Origin: Eledone cirrhosa
Taxonomy: Eukaryota
Reading direction: 5' to 3'
Assembly (NCBI GenBank): GCA_964016885.1
Contig: OZ024750.1
Span: forward strand, 52,576,001 to 52,640,000
Length of the DNA: 64,000 nucleotides
Shown: positions 37,601-53,221 of the stretch, one piece after another
How positions within the stretch are numbered: the stretch's first letter is position 1
Layout: the number at the start of each line of letters is the position of its first letter
The notes under the pieces: model-generated
The model's database searches: none
Told to the model about the DNA's origin: nothing
What the model saw: only the letters and a program-made list of their open reading frames with translations
Position numbers and translations under genes: made by a program

Positions 37601-40600
37601 ATAATAATACAGCTAATGTAATAATAATACAGCTAATGTAATAATAATACAGCTAATGTAATAATAATACAGCTAATGTAATGATAATACAGCTAATGTA
37701 ATGATTATACAGCTAATGTAATGATAATACAGTTAATGTAATGATAATACAGCTAATGTAATGATAATACAGCTAATGTAATGATAATACAACTAATGTA
37801 ATGATAATATGGCTGATGTAATGATAATACAGCTAATGTAATAATAATAATACAGCTAATGTAATGATAATACAACTAATGTAATTATAATACAGCTAAT
37901 GTAATGATAATACAGCTAATGTAATGATAATATGGCTAATGTAATTATAATACAGCTAATGTAATGATAATAAGCTAATGTAATGATAATACAACTAATG
38001 TAATGATAATAAGCTAATGTAATGATAATACAACTAATGTAATGATAATACAGCTAATGTAATGATAATACAACTAATGTAATGATTATACAGCTAAAAT
38101 AAATGTTCCTGTTGAAATGTTTTTTAAAAAATATCAAATTTCTTTTTTTTTTGTTTGTTTTGAAAGTGTTCGTTGTAAGAAACGAGAAACATACATATAT
38201 ATCGTGAAATGCGACAGTTAGTTGATGCGTGAGAGAAAAAGTCTGTCTGTGCGAAAATTTCACATGTGCGTGGTGTGTTCGTTTCTTTTACTGAGTATTT
38301 TCATAGTTTGTCAATAAATTTGCTGTGTATTCGTAATGTTACTCACACAACACCAGAATCTGCTATTTTTTTCTTTTTTTGGGGTGACCACTTATAGCGA
38401 TGAACGGCTGCATGTTCGTATCACGTCAGGGTTACCAATATAGCGAAGAACCCGGTGTGTATGAATGTAACAAGGAGACTTTGGTTTGTGTGTATAATAT
38501 TTAATTAACAATCATGGATATATATAGAACAGTATAGTTGACATGTCAAAGAAATAGATGAAAGAAAGAAGCAAAGTTAGTAGTTACCGTTTTGATTGCC
38601 AGGCAAACGCGAGAAGCCTGGTGAAGGCCAGGCGCCGGAAGGGCAAATGAGAGGGAGAGAGCCGAAGGCTATTCGTTTTATAGGGCTCTGCCGGAAGTTA
38701 CAGAAAGGGTTCTATTTCCCGTCTAGATGTTAATCTATTGGCGTTGTGAGTCACAACAAGGGAGACAACCGCTACATAATGATAATACAGCTAATGTAAT
38801 GATAATGCAGCCAATGTAATGATAATGTGGCTGATGTAATGATAATACAGCTAATGTAATCATAATAGAGTTATCATCAATGTAATGATAATACAACTAA
38901 TGTAATGATAATAAAGCTAATGTAATGATAATACGGCTGGTGTAATGATAATACAACGAATGTAATGATAATATGTCTAATGTAATAATAATACAGCTAA
39001 TGTAATGATAATACAACTAATGTAATGATAATATGTCTAATGTAATAATAATACAGCTAATGTAATGATAATACAACTAATGTAATGATAGTATGTCTAA
39101 TGTAATAATAATACAGCTAATGTAATAATAATACAGCGAATGTAATGATAATATGTCTAATGTAATAATAATACAGCTAATGTAATGATAATACAACGAA
39201 TGTAATGATAATATGTCTAATGTAATAATAATACAGCTAATGTAATGATAATACAACTAATGTAATGATAGTATGTCTAATGTAATAATAATACAGCTAA
39301 TGTAATGATAATACAGTTAATGTAATGATAATAGAGCTAATGTAATGATAATACAGCTAATGTAATGATCATACAACTAATGTAATGATAATACAGCTAA
39401 TATAATGATAATACAGCTAATGTAATGATAATATGACTGATGTAATGATAATACAGCTAATGTAATGATAATAGAGCTAATGTAATGATAATACAGCTAA
39501 TGTAATGATAATACAGCTAATGTAATGATAATACAGCTAATGTAATGATAATACAGCTAATGTAATAATAATACAGCTAATGTAATGATAATACAGCTAA
39601 TGTAATGATAATATGGCTGGTGTAATGATAATACAACTAATGTAATGATAATACAGCTAATGTAATGATAATAGAGCTAATGTAATGATAATATGGCTGG
39701 TGTAATGATAATACAACTAATGTAATGATAATACAGCTAATGTAATGATAATACAGCTAATGTAATGATAATACAACTAATGTAATGATAATACAGCTAA
39801 TGTAATGATAATACAGCTAATGTAATGATAATATGGCTGGTGTAATGATAATACAACTAATGTAATGATAATACAGCTAATGTAATGATAATACAGCTAA
39901 TGTAATGATAATATGGCTGGTGTAATGATAATACAGCTAATGTAATGATAATACAGCAAATGTAATGATAATACAGCTAATGTAATGATAATACAGCTAT
40001 TGTAATGATAATATGGCTGATGTAATGATAATACAGCTAATGTAATGATAATACAGCTAATGTAATGATAATATGGCTGGTGTAATGATAATACAACTAA
40101 TGTAATGATAATACAGCTAATGTAATGATAATACAGCTAATGTAATGATAATGCAGCTAACGTAATGATAATATGGCTGATATAATGATAATACAGATAA
40201 TGTAATGATAATATGGCTGGTGTAATGATAATACAGCTAATGTAATGATAATATGGCTGGTGTAATGATAATACAACTAATGTAATGATAATACAGCTAA
40301 TGTAATGATAATACAGCTAATGTAATGATAATACAGCTAATGTAATGATAATAGAGTTATCATCAATGTAATGATAATACAACTAATGTAATGATAATAT
40401 GTCTAATGTAATAATAATACAGCTAAGGTAATGATAATACAACTAATGTAATGATAGTATGTCTAATGTAATAATAATACAGCTAATGTAATAATAATAC
40501 AGCAAATGTAATGATAATACAGCTAATGTAATGATAATACAGTTAATGTAATGATAATACAGCTAATGTAATGATAATACAGCTAATGTAATGATCATAC

Positions 40601-43600
40601 AACTAATGTAATGATAATACAGCTAATGTAATGATAATACAGCTAATGTAATGATAATACGGCTGATGTAATGATAATAGAGCTAATGTAATGATAATAC
40701 AGCTAATGTAATGATAATACAGCTAATGTAATAATAATACAGCTAATGTAATGATAATATGGCTGGTGTAATGATAATACAGCTAATGTAATGATAATAC
40801 AGCTAATGTAATGATAATACAGCTAATGTAATGATAATACAGCTAATGTAATAATAATACAGCTAATGTAATGATAATACAGCTAATGTAATGATAATAT
40901 GGCTGGTGTAATGATAATACAACTAATGTAATGATAATACAGCTAATGTAATGATAATACAGCTAATGTAATGATAATATGGCTGGTGTAATGATAATAC
41001 AACTAATGTAATGATAATACAGCTAATGTAATGATAATACAGCTAATGTAATGATAATACAGCTAATGTAATGATAATACAACTAATGTAATGATAATAG
41101 AGCTAATGTAATGATAATATAGCTAATGTAATGATAATATGGCTGGTGTAATGATAATACAACTAATGTAATGATAATACAGCTAATGTAATGATAATAC
41201 AGCTAATGTAATGATAATGCAGCTAATGTAATGATAATATGGCTGATATAATGATAATACAGATAATGTAATGATAATACAGCTAATGTAATGATAATAT
41301 GGCTGGTGTAATGATAATACAACTAATGTAATGATAATACAGCTAATGTAATGATAATACAGCTAATGTAATGATAATACAGCTAATGTAATGATAATAG
41401 AGTTATCATCAATGTAATGATAATACAACTAATGTAATGATAATATGTCTAATGTAATAATAATACAGCTAATGTAATGATAATACAACTAATGTAATGA
41501 TAGTATGTCTAATGTAATAATAATACAGCTAATGTAATAATAATACAGCAAATGTAATGATAATACAGCTAATGTAATGATAATACATTTAATGTAATGA
41601 TAATACAGCTAATGTAATGATAATATGGCTGATGTAATGATAATACAACTAATGTAATGATAATATGTCTAATGTAATAATAATACAGCTAATGTAATAA
41701 TAAAACAGTGAATGTAATGATAATACAACTAATGTAATGATAATACAGTTAATGTAATGATAATACAGCTAATGTAATGATAATACAGCTAATGTAATGA
41801 TCATACAACTAATGTAATGATAATACAGCTAATGTAATGATAATACAGCTAATGTAATGATAATATGGCTGATGTAATGATCATACAACTAATGTAATGA
41901 TAATACAGCTAATGTAATGATAATACAGCTAATGTAATGATAATATGGCTGATGTAATGATAATACAGCTAATGTAATGATAATACAGCTAATGTAATGA
42001 TAATACAGTTAATGTAATGATAATACAGCTAATGTAATGATAATACAGCTAATGTAATGATAATATGGCTGATGTAATGATAATACAGCTAATGTAATGA
42101 TAATACAGCTAATGTAATGATAATACAGTTAATGTAATGATAATACAGCTAATGTAATGATAATACAGCTAATGTAATGATAATATGGCTGATGTAATGA
42201 TAATACAGCTAATGTAATGATAATACAGCTAATGTAATGATAATACAGCTAATGTAATGATAATATGGCTGGTGTAATGATAATACAGCTAATGTAATGA
42301 TAATACAGCTAATGTAATGATAATACAGCTAATGTAATGATAATACAGCTAATGTAATGATAATACAGCTAATGTAATGATAATACAGCTAATGTAATGA
42401 TAATACAGCTAATGTAATAATAATACAGCTAATGTAATGATAATACAACTAATGTAATGATAATACAGCTAATGTAATGATAATATGGCTGGTGTAATGA
42501 TAATACAACTAATGTAATGATAATACAGCTAATGTAATGATAATACAGCTAATGTAATGATAATATGGCTGGTGTAATGATAATACAACTAATGTAATGA
42601 TAATACAGCTAATGTAATGATAATACAGCTAATGTAATGATAATACAGCTAATGTAGTGATAATATGGCTGGTGTAATGATAATACAACTAATGTAATGA
42701 TAATACAGCTAATGTAATGATAATATGGCTGGTGTAATCATAATACAGCTAATGTAATGATAATATGGCTGGTGTAATGATAATACTGCTAATGTAATGA
42801 TAATACAGCAAATGTAATGATAATACAGCTAATGTAATGGTAATACAGTTAATATAATGATAATATGGCTGATGTAATGATAATAAAGCTAATGTAATGA
42901 TAATACGGCTGATGTAATGATAATACAGCTAATGTAATGATAAAACAGCTAATGTAATGATAATATGGCTGGTGTAATGATAATACAACTAATGTAATGA
43001 TAATACAGCTAATGTAATGATAATACAGCTAATGTAATGATAATGCAGCTAATGTAATGATAATATGGCTGATGTAATGATAATACAGATAATGTAATGA
43101 TAATACAGCTAATGTAATGATAATATGGCTGGTGTAATCATAATACAGCTAATGTAATGATAATATGGCTGTTGTAATGATAATACAGCTAATGTAATGA
43201 TAATACAGCTAATGTAATGATAATACAGCTAATGTAATGATAATATGGCTAATGTAATGATAATACAGCTAATGTAATGATAATATGGCTGGTGTAATGA
43301 TAATACAGTTAATGTAATGATAATACAGCTAATGTAATGATAATACAGCTAATGTAATGATAATACAGCTAATGTAATGATAATATGGCTAATGTAATGA
43401 TAATACAGTTAATGTAATGATAATACAGCTAATGTAATGATAATACAGCTAATGTAATGATAATACAGCTAATGTAATGATAATACAGCTAATGTAATGA
43501 TAATACAGCTAATGTAATGATAATACAGTTAATGTAATGATAATACAGCTAATGTAATGATAATACAGCTAATGTAATGATAATACAGCTAATGTAATGA

Positions 43601-46600
43601 TAATATGGCTAATGTAATGATAATACAGTTAATGTAATGATAATACAGCTAATGTAATGATAATACAGCTAATGTAATGATAATACAGCTAATGTAATGA
43701 TAATACAGCTAATGTAATGATAATACAGCTAATGTAATGATAATACAGCTAATGTAATGATAATATGGCTGATGTAATGATAATACAGCTAATGTAATGA
43801 TAATACAGTTAATGTAATGATAATACAGCTAATGTAATGATAATACAGCTAATGTAATGATAATACAGCTAATGTAATGATAATATGGCTGATGTAATGA
43901 TAATACAGCTAATGTAATGATAATAGAGCTAATGTAATGATAATACAGCTAATGTAATGATCATACAGTTAATGTAATAATAATACAGCTAATGTAATGA
44001 TAATACAGCTAATGTAATGATAATACAGCTAATGTAATGATAATACAGCTAATGTAATGATAATACAGTTAATGTAATGATAATACAGCTAATGTAATGA
44101 TAATACAGCTAATGTAATGATAATACAACTAATGTAATGATAATACAGCTAATGTAATGATAATACAGCTAATGTAATGATAATATGGCTGATGTAATGA
44201 TAATATGGCTGATGTAATGATAATACAGCTAATGTAATGATATTACAGCTAATGTAATGATAATAGAGCTAATGTAATGATAATACAGCTAATGTAATGA
44301 TCATACAGTTAATGTAATAATAATACAGCTAATGTAATGATAATACAGCTAATGTAATGATAATACAACTAATGTAATGATTATACAGCTAATGTAATGA
44401 TAATACAGCTAATGTAATGATAATATGGCTGATGTAATGATAATATGGCTGATGTAATGATAATACAGCAAATGTAATGATAATACAGCTAATGTAATGA
44501 TAATAGAGCTAATGTAATGATAATACAGCTAATGTAATGATCATACAGTTAATGTAATAATAATACAGCTAATGTAATGATAATACAACTAATGTAATGA
44601 TAATATGTCTAATGTAATAATAATACAGCTAATGTAATAATAATACAGCGAATGTAATGATAATACAGCTAATGTAATGATAATACAGTTAATGTAATGA
44701 TAATACAGCTAATGTAATGATAATACAACTAATGTAATGATAATACAGCTAATGTAATGATAATACAACTAATGTAATGATAATACAGCTAATGTAATGA
44801 TAATACAGCTAATGTAATGATAATATGGCTGGTGTAATCATAATACAGCTAATGTAATGATAATATGGCTGGTGTAATGATAATACAGCTAATGTAATGA
44901 TAATACAGCAAATGTAATGATAATACAGCTAATGTAATGATAATACAGCTAATGTAATGATAATATGGCTAATGTAATGATAATATGGCTGATGTAATGA
45001 TAATACAGCTAATGTAATGATAATACAGCTAATGTAATGATAATACAGCTAATGTAATGATAATATGGCTGGTGTAATGATAATACAGCTAATGTAATGA
45101 TAATGCAGCTAATATAATGATAATACAGCTAATGTAATGATAATACAGCAAATGTAATGATAATACAGCTAATGTAATGATAATACAGCTAATGTAATGA
45201 TAATGCAGCTAATATAATGATAATATGGCTGATATAATGATAATACAGATAATGTAATAATAATACAGCTAATGAAATGATAATATGGCTGGTGTAATGA
45301 TAATACAACTAATGTAATGATAATACAGCTAATGTAATGATAATACATCTAATGTAATGATAATACAGCTAATGTAATGATAATACAACTAATGTAATGA
45401 TAATACATCTAATGTAATGATAATACTGTTAATGTAATGATAATATAGCTAATGTAATGATAATACGGCTAATGTAATTATAATACAACTAATGTAATGA
45501 TAATACAGCTAATGTAATGATAATACAACTAATGTAATGATAATACAGCTAATGTAATGATAATGTGGCTGATGCAATGATAATACAGCTAATGTAATGA
45601 TAATACAGCTAATGTAATGATAATGTGGCTGATGTAATGATAATATGGCTGATGTAATGATAATATGGTTCATGTAATGATAATATAGCTAATGTAATGA
45701 TAATACAGCTAATGTAATGATAATACAACTAATGTAATGATAATATGGCTGATGTAATGATAATATAGCTAATGTAATGATAATACAACTAATGTAATGA
45801 TAATATGGCTGATGTAATGATAATATGGCTGATGTAATGATAATATAGCTAATGTAATGATAATACAACTAATGTAATGATAATATGGCTGATGTAATGA
45901 TAATATGGCTGATGCAATGATAATATAGCTAATGTAATGATAATACAGCTAATGTAATGATAATACAGCTAATGTAATGATAATACAACTAATGTAATGA
46001 TAATACAGCTGATGTAATGATAATATAGCTAATGTAATGATAATACAGCTAATGTAATGATAATACAGCTAATGTAATGATAATACAGCTAATGTAATGA
46101 TAATACAGCTAATGTAATGATAATACAGCTAATGTAATGATAATACAGCTGATGCAATGATAATACAGCTAATGTAATGATAATACAGCTGATGTAATGA
46201 TAATACAGCTAATGTAATGATAATACAGCTAATGTAATGATAATACAACTAATGTAATGATAATACAGCTGATGCAATGATAATACAGCTAATGTAATGA
46301 TAATACAGCTGATGTAATGATAATACAGCTAATGTAATGATAATACAGCTAATGTAATGATAATACAGCTAATGTAGTGATAATATGGCTGGTGTAATGA
46401 TAATACAACTAATGTAATGATAATACAGCTAATGTAATGATAATATGGCTGGTGTAATCATAATACAGCTAATGTAATGATAATATGGCTGGTGTAATGA
46501 TAATACTGCTAATGTAATGATAATACAGCAAATGTAATGATAATACAGCTAATGTAATGGTAATACAGTTAATATAATGATAATATGGCTGATGTAATGA

Positions 46601-49600
46601 TAATAAAGCTAATGTAATGATAATACGGCTGATGTAATGATAATACAGCTAATGTAATGATAAAACAGCTAATGTAATGATAATATGGCTGGTGTAATGA
46701 TAATACAACTAATGTAATGATAATACAGCTAATGTAATGATAATACAGCTAATGTAATGATAATGCAGCTAATGTAATGATAATATGGCTGATGTAATGA
46801 TAATACAGATAATGTAATGATAATACAGCTAATGTAATGATAATATGGCTGGTGTAATCATAATACAGCTAATGTAATGATAATATGGCTGTTGTAATGA
46901 TAATACAGCTAATGTAATGATAATACAGCTAATGTAATGATAATACAGCTAATGTAATGATAATATGGCTAATGTAATGATAATACAGCTAATGTAATGA
47001 TAATATGGCTGGTGTAATGATAATACAGTTAATGTAATGATAATACAGCTAATGTAATGATAATACAGCTAATGTAATGATAATACAGCTAATGTAATGA
47101 TAATATGGCTAATGTAATGATAATACAGTTAATGTAATGATAATACAGCTAATGTAATGATAATACAGCTAATGTAATGATAATACAGCTAATGTAATGA
47201 TAATACAGCTAATGTAATGATAATACAGCTAATGTAATGATAATACAGTTAATGTAATGATAATACAGCTAATGTAATGATAATACAGCTAATGTAATGA
47301 TAATACAGCTAATGTAATGATAATATGGCTAATGTAATGATAATACAGTTAATGTAATGATAATACAGCTAATGTAATGATAATACAGCTAATGTAATGA
47401 TAATACAGCTAATGTAATGATAATACAGCTAATGTAATGATAATACAGCTAATGTAATGATAATACAGCTAATGTAATGATAATATGGCTGATGTAATGA
47501 TAATACAGCTAATGTAATGATAATACAGTTAATGTAATGATAATACAGCTAATGTAATGATAATACAGCTAATGTAATGATAATACAGCTAATGTAATGA
47601 TAATATGGCTGATGTAATGATAATACAGCTAATGTAATGATAATAGAGCTAATGTAATGATAATACAGCTAATGTAATGATCATACAGTTAATGTAATAA
47701 TAATACAGCTAATGTAATGATAATACAGCTAATGTAATGATAATACAGCTAATGTAATGATAATACAGCTAATGTAATGATAATACAGTTAATGTAATGA
47801 TAATACAGCTAATGTAATGATAATACAGCTAATGTAATGATAATACAACTAATGTAATGATAATACAGCTAATGTAATGATAATACAGCTAATGTAATGA
47901 TAATATGGCTGATGTAATGATAATATGGCTGATGTAATGATAATACAGCTAATGTAATGATATTACAGCTAATGTAATGATAATAGAGCTAATGTAATGA
48001 TAATACAGCTAATGTAATGATCATACAGTTAATGTAATAATAATACAGCTAATGTAATGATAATACAGCTAATGTAATGATAATACAACTAATGTAATGA
48101 TTATACAGCTAATGTAATGATAATACAGCTAATGTAATGATAATATGGCTGATGTAATGATAATATGGCTGATGTAATGATAATACAGCAAATGTAATGA
48201 TAATACAGCTAATGTAATGATAATAGAGCTAATGTAATGATAATACAGCTAATGTAATGATCATACAGTTAATGTAATAATAATACAGCTAATGTAATGA
48301 TAATACAACTAATGTAATGATAATATGTCTAATGTAATAATAATACAGCTAATGTAATAATAATACAGCGAATGTAATGATAATACAGCTAATGTAATGA
48401 TAATACAGTTAATGTAATGATAATACAGCTAATGTAATGATAATACAACTAATGTAATGATAATACAGCTAATGTAATGATAATACAACTAATGTAATGA
48501 TAATACAGCTAATGTAATGATAATACAGCTAATGTAATGATAATATGGCTGGTGTAATCATAATACAGCTAATGTAATGATAATATGGCTGGTGTAATGA
48601 TAATACAGCTAATGTAATGATAATACAGCAAATGTAATGATAATACAGCTAATGTAATGATAATACAGCTAATGTAATGATAATATGGCTAATGTAATGA
48701 TAATATGGCTGATGTAATGATAATACAGCTAATGTAATGATAATACAGCTAATGTAATGATAATACAGCTAATGTAATGATAATATGGCTGGTGTAATGA
48801 TAATACAGCTAATGTAATGATAATGCAGCTAATATAATGATAATATGGCTGATATAATGATAATACAGATAATGTAATAATAATACAGCTAATGAAATGA
48901 TAATATGGCTGGTGTAATGATAATACAACTAATGTAATGATAATACAGCTAATGTAATGATAATACATCTAATGTAATGATAATACAGCTAATGTAATGA
49001 TAATACAACTAATGTAATGATAATACATCTAATGTAATGATAATACTGTTAATGTAATGATAATATAGCTAATGTAATGATAATACGGCTAATGTAATTA
49101 TAATACAACTAATGTAATGATAATACAGCTAATGTAATGATAATACAACTAATGTAATGATAATACAGCTAATGTAATGATAATGTGGCTGATGCAATGA
49201 TAATACAGCTAATGTAATGATAATACAGCTAATGTAATGATAATGTGGCTGATGTAATGATAATATGGCTGATGTAATGATAATATGGTTCATGTAATGA
49301 TAATATAGCTAATGTAATGATAATACAGCTAATGTAATGATAATACAACTAATGTAATGATAATATGGCTGATGTAATGATAATATAGCTAATGTAATGA
49401 TAATACAACTAATGTAATGATAATATGGCTGATGTAATGATAATATGGCTGATGTAATGATAATATAGCTAATGTAATGATAATACAACTAATGTAATGA
49501 TAATATGGCTGATGTAATGATAATATGGCTGATGCAATGATAATATAGCTAATGTAATGATAATACAGCTAATGTAATGATAATACAGCTAATGTAATGA

Positions 49601-51062
49601 TAATACAACTAATGTAATGATAATACAGCTGATGTAATGATAATATAGCTAATGTAATGATAATACAGCTAATGTAATGATAATACAGCTAATGTAATGA
49701 TAATACAGCTAATGTAATGATAATACAGCTAATGTAATGATAATACAGCTAATGTAATGATAATACAGCTGATGCAATGATAATACAGCTAATGTAATGA
49801 TAATACAGCTGATGTAATGATAATACAGCTAATGTAATGATAATACAGCTAATGTAATGATAATACAACTAATGTAATGATAATACAGCTGATGCAATGA
49901 TAATACAGCTAATGTAATGATAATACAGCTGATGTAATGATAATACAGCTAATGTAATGATAATACAGCTAATGTAATGATAATACAGCTAATGTAATGA
50001 TAATACAGCTGATGTAATGATAACACAGCTAATGTAATGATAATACAGCTAATGTAATGATAATACAGCTAATGTAATGATAATACAGCTAATGTAATGA
50101 TAATACAGCTAATGTAATGATAATACAGCTGATGCAATGATAATACAGCTAATGTAATGATAATACAGCTGATGTAATGATAATACAGCTAATGTAATGA
50201 TAATACAGCTAATGTAATGATAATACAACTAATGTAATGATAATACAGCTGATGCAATGATAATACAGCTAATGTAATGATAATACAGCTGATGTAATGA
50301 TAATACAGCTAATGTAATGATAATACAGCTAATGTAATGATAATACAGCTGATGTAATGATAATACAGCTAATGTAATGATAATATGGCTGATGTAATGA
50401 TAATATAGCTAATGTAATGATAATACAGCTGATGTAATGATAACACAGCTAATGTAATGATAATACAGCTAATGTAATGATAATATGGCTGATGTAATGA
50501 TAATATGGCTGATGTAATGATAATACAGCTAATGTAATGATAATATAGCTAATGTAATGATAATACAGCTAATGTAATGATAATAGAGTTATTGTAATGA
50601 TAATACAGCTAATGTAATGATAATACAGCTAATGTAATGATAATATAGCTAATGTAATGATACTACAGCTAATGTAATGATAATAGAGTTAATGTAATGA
50701 TACTACAGCTAATGTAATGATAATAGAGTTAATGTAATGATAATACAGCTAATGTAATGATAATACAGTTAATGTAATGATAATACAGCTAATGTAATGA
50801 TAATATAGCTAATGTAATGATAATACAGCTAATGTAATGATAATACAGTTAATGTAATGATAATACAGCTAATGTAATGATAATACAGCTAATGTAATGA
50901 TACTACAGCTAATGTAATGATAATAGAGTTAATGTAATGATAATACAGCTAATGTAATGATAATACAGTTAATGTAATGATAATACAGTTAATGTAATGA
51001 TAATATAGCTAATGTAATGATAATACAGCTAATGTAATGATAATATGGCTCATGTAATGATA
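34629..51062. repeat. 20-bp satellite array, ~16 kb, interrupted at ~38098-38776
   Basis: Unit taatgtaatgataatacagc with recurring variants (tatggctggtg, tacaact, tacagtt). Confidence 0.97.
38420..38776 (-). mobile_element. Gypsy-type LTR (38776-38439) plus tRNA-Trp primer-binding site
   Basis: The minus strand starts TGTAGCG and ends CGCTATA (inverted termini). It has a TATA-like CTATAAAA and an ATTAAA, followed by TGGTAACCCTGACGTGAT, near-complementary to the tRNA-Trp 3' end. Confidence 0.8.
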
Positions 51063-51806
51063 TTTCAATATCTGATATGAATATCTTGAGGAAGTGATGA
51101 TCTTCCAGAGGATTGATGATCTGGGGAAAGGAGAAGAAAATTAGACAAAATGGTTAGTGCAGGACGTGTGGGGTGTCTGCAGCAATGGATTAAAATAACT
51201 ATGGGGTCCTGGGCTAAAGAAGAAACAGCCGTATGTAGACCAGAGATTGTAGTGAGTTTTTGCCAAAGATGTAATGGTTTTCCTTTGTATGAGGTCAAGG
51301 ATGTTTTTATTCATAACAGCAGAATTGTCTCAGTTGTAGCAGCAGTATTCCCTACAGGTCTTTCTTGTAGGGGGTCAGCAATTGATCTGCTTGCTCAATT
51401 TACTAGAAATAGCAACCAAATTTCCCTCAAATCTCACCGAAGTGTCTTTAAAGAAGGATATGTTTGATAATGTAGTGCTGGGTTTGATACTGGGAAAGGA
51501 TAAGACAGTCACGACTGGAATATTCATAGGTTTGTTCAATTACAGCTAACCTGGGGCTAAACATTAATTTAGGCCCAGCAATTTTGGGGGAGAAGAAAGT
51601 CAATTATGTTGACTTCAGTACTTTATTGACCACAGAAGGATGAAAGACACGAGATTTGAACTCAAAACTTAAAGAAATTAAATGCTCCAAATTATTTTAT
51701 CTGACACTCTAAAGTCTAAGGACTCTGCTAATCCACCGCTCTCCTGTGTCTAAATAATGAGAGCAACTTCAACAACATAAACGATTTTCAGAAAAAATAT
51801 TCTCAC

Positions 51807-51841
51807 GTGATGGTTTTTACAGGTGGTTTTTCTCGGAATTT
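51807..51841 (-). CDS. ALKBH3: ALKBH3 coding exon 2 (35 nt): KFREKPPVKTI(T)
   Basis: Acceptor ctattttag, donor gtgaga. Phase 0/2 joins exons 1 and 3 in frame. Confidence 0.75.
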
Positions 51842-51934
51842 CTAAAATAGAAGAATAAAACAATAATGAACTATAATATAAAATATAATCTTAGTATAAA
51901 TTCTATGATGATAACATTAACCACAGGCAGCACT

Positions 51935-51979
<45 letters not shown>

Positions 51980-52449
51980 CTTTAGGGGGTGGGGGGGTTA
52001 ATTGTAACATCCTACAAAGATTTAGCAAAAAATATCTAAAAGTAGACTTGTTAATTTAAATGTTAATAGTATCATTACTATTGGACAGAAAATTGTTGTG
52101 AAAATTTACATTATTAGAGTAGAGACTAAATTTAATTGTGATGCAGTCACAATGTTGTTTTATACTTTTCAAGAATGTTTTGCTATTGTAGTTTCATGTA
52201 GTACAGGATTTTTAGAGTTAATGATAAGGGCCCAGCCTGAACATGAAAAGCAATGTAAAATAAAGTGTTTTACACAAGAACACAACATGCCACTAGGTCT
52301 AGGAATCGAACCCATGACTTTATTTGTGAGTTCAATTCCCTAACAACTAGCCGTTTAGTGAACTATTTAATATAAACATATTCCGTCTAACCCATGCTAG
52401 CGTGGAAGATGGAAGTTAAACGATGATGATGATGATATTTTGCACTCAC

Positions 52450-52641
52450 ATTTGAAGATCCAGAAAATAAAAACTGCATCTGTTCTTTCTTTGAAGTGTC
52501 TTCAGTGTTATCTGCATCACTAGTGGTTTCAAATGACACTGGAGGACGTTTAGCTTGAGGTGGTTTCTTGGCATTGTCATTTTGAGAAGCTGATGACCAA
52601 CCTCCTTGTATCCGAGCTCGGCGACGTTTGTCAGAACTCAT
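52450..52641 (-). CDS. ALKBH3: ALKBH3 first coding exon: MSSDKRRRARIQGGWSSASQN...QFLFSGSSN (alpha-ketoglutarate-dependent m1A/m3C demethylase)
   Basis: The N-terminus matches ALKBH3 'KRRRARVQGAW'. Donor gtgagt at 52449; acceptor catttag at 52661 implies an upstream non-coding exon. The spliced CDS is 284 aa. Confidence 0.92.
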
Positions 52642-53221
52642 TTCTCAAACAGGAGATTCCCTAAATGAAGTAAAAATGGAAACTTGATGGAAATTTGTCA
52701 CATCTAAAGACTTCATAGTACAGAAAGCGACAGAAAAACCTCCCATATTTTACAGTCATTGTGTAAAATATGGGTGTTTTTTCTGCTGCACCCTGTATTT
52801 CTTACATCTGCACCTAGTATTGTGACCTCTATCTTCTTCTTGCGTTCCTTTTGTTCCCTATGGAGCATTAGGCAACTTTCGTTGTTTCTGTAGCAATTTT
52901 GATTACTGAAGTAAAGGTAGCTAGCCTTGTACTCAATCCCTCCTCTCAATATAGGCTAAAAACCAGGCTAGTATTTCAAAAGGGACGCAAACCTGAATAG
53001 AGGCCCATTTCAGATACTATTAACCAGAGCCACCTTAACCTGGGACTTAAATCACTTCACTCTATTTTCAAAGGAACATTAATTAACACTATGTCTAGTA
53101 TTGAAGTAATACTTCTAATACTCTCATAACACCTATTATTTTGACAACTATCATAGTATTTATACCTCTCATAAGAATTATGTTTACATCATAAAACTTA
53201 TTCCATATAACTTATTACATA

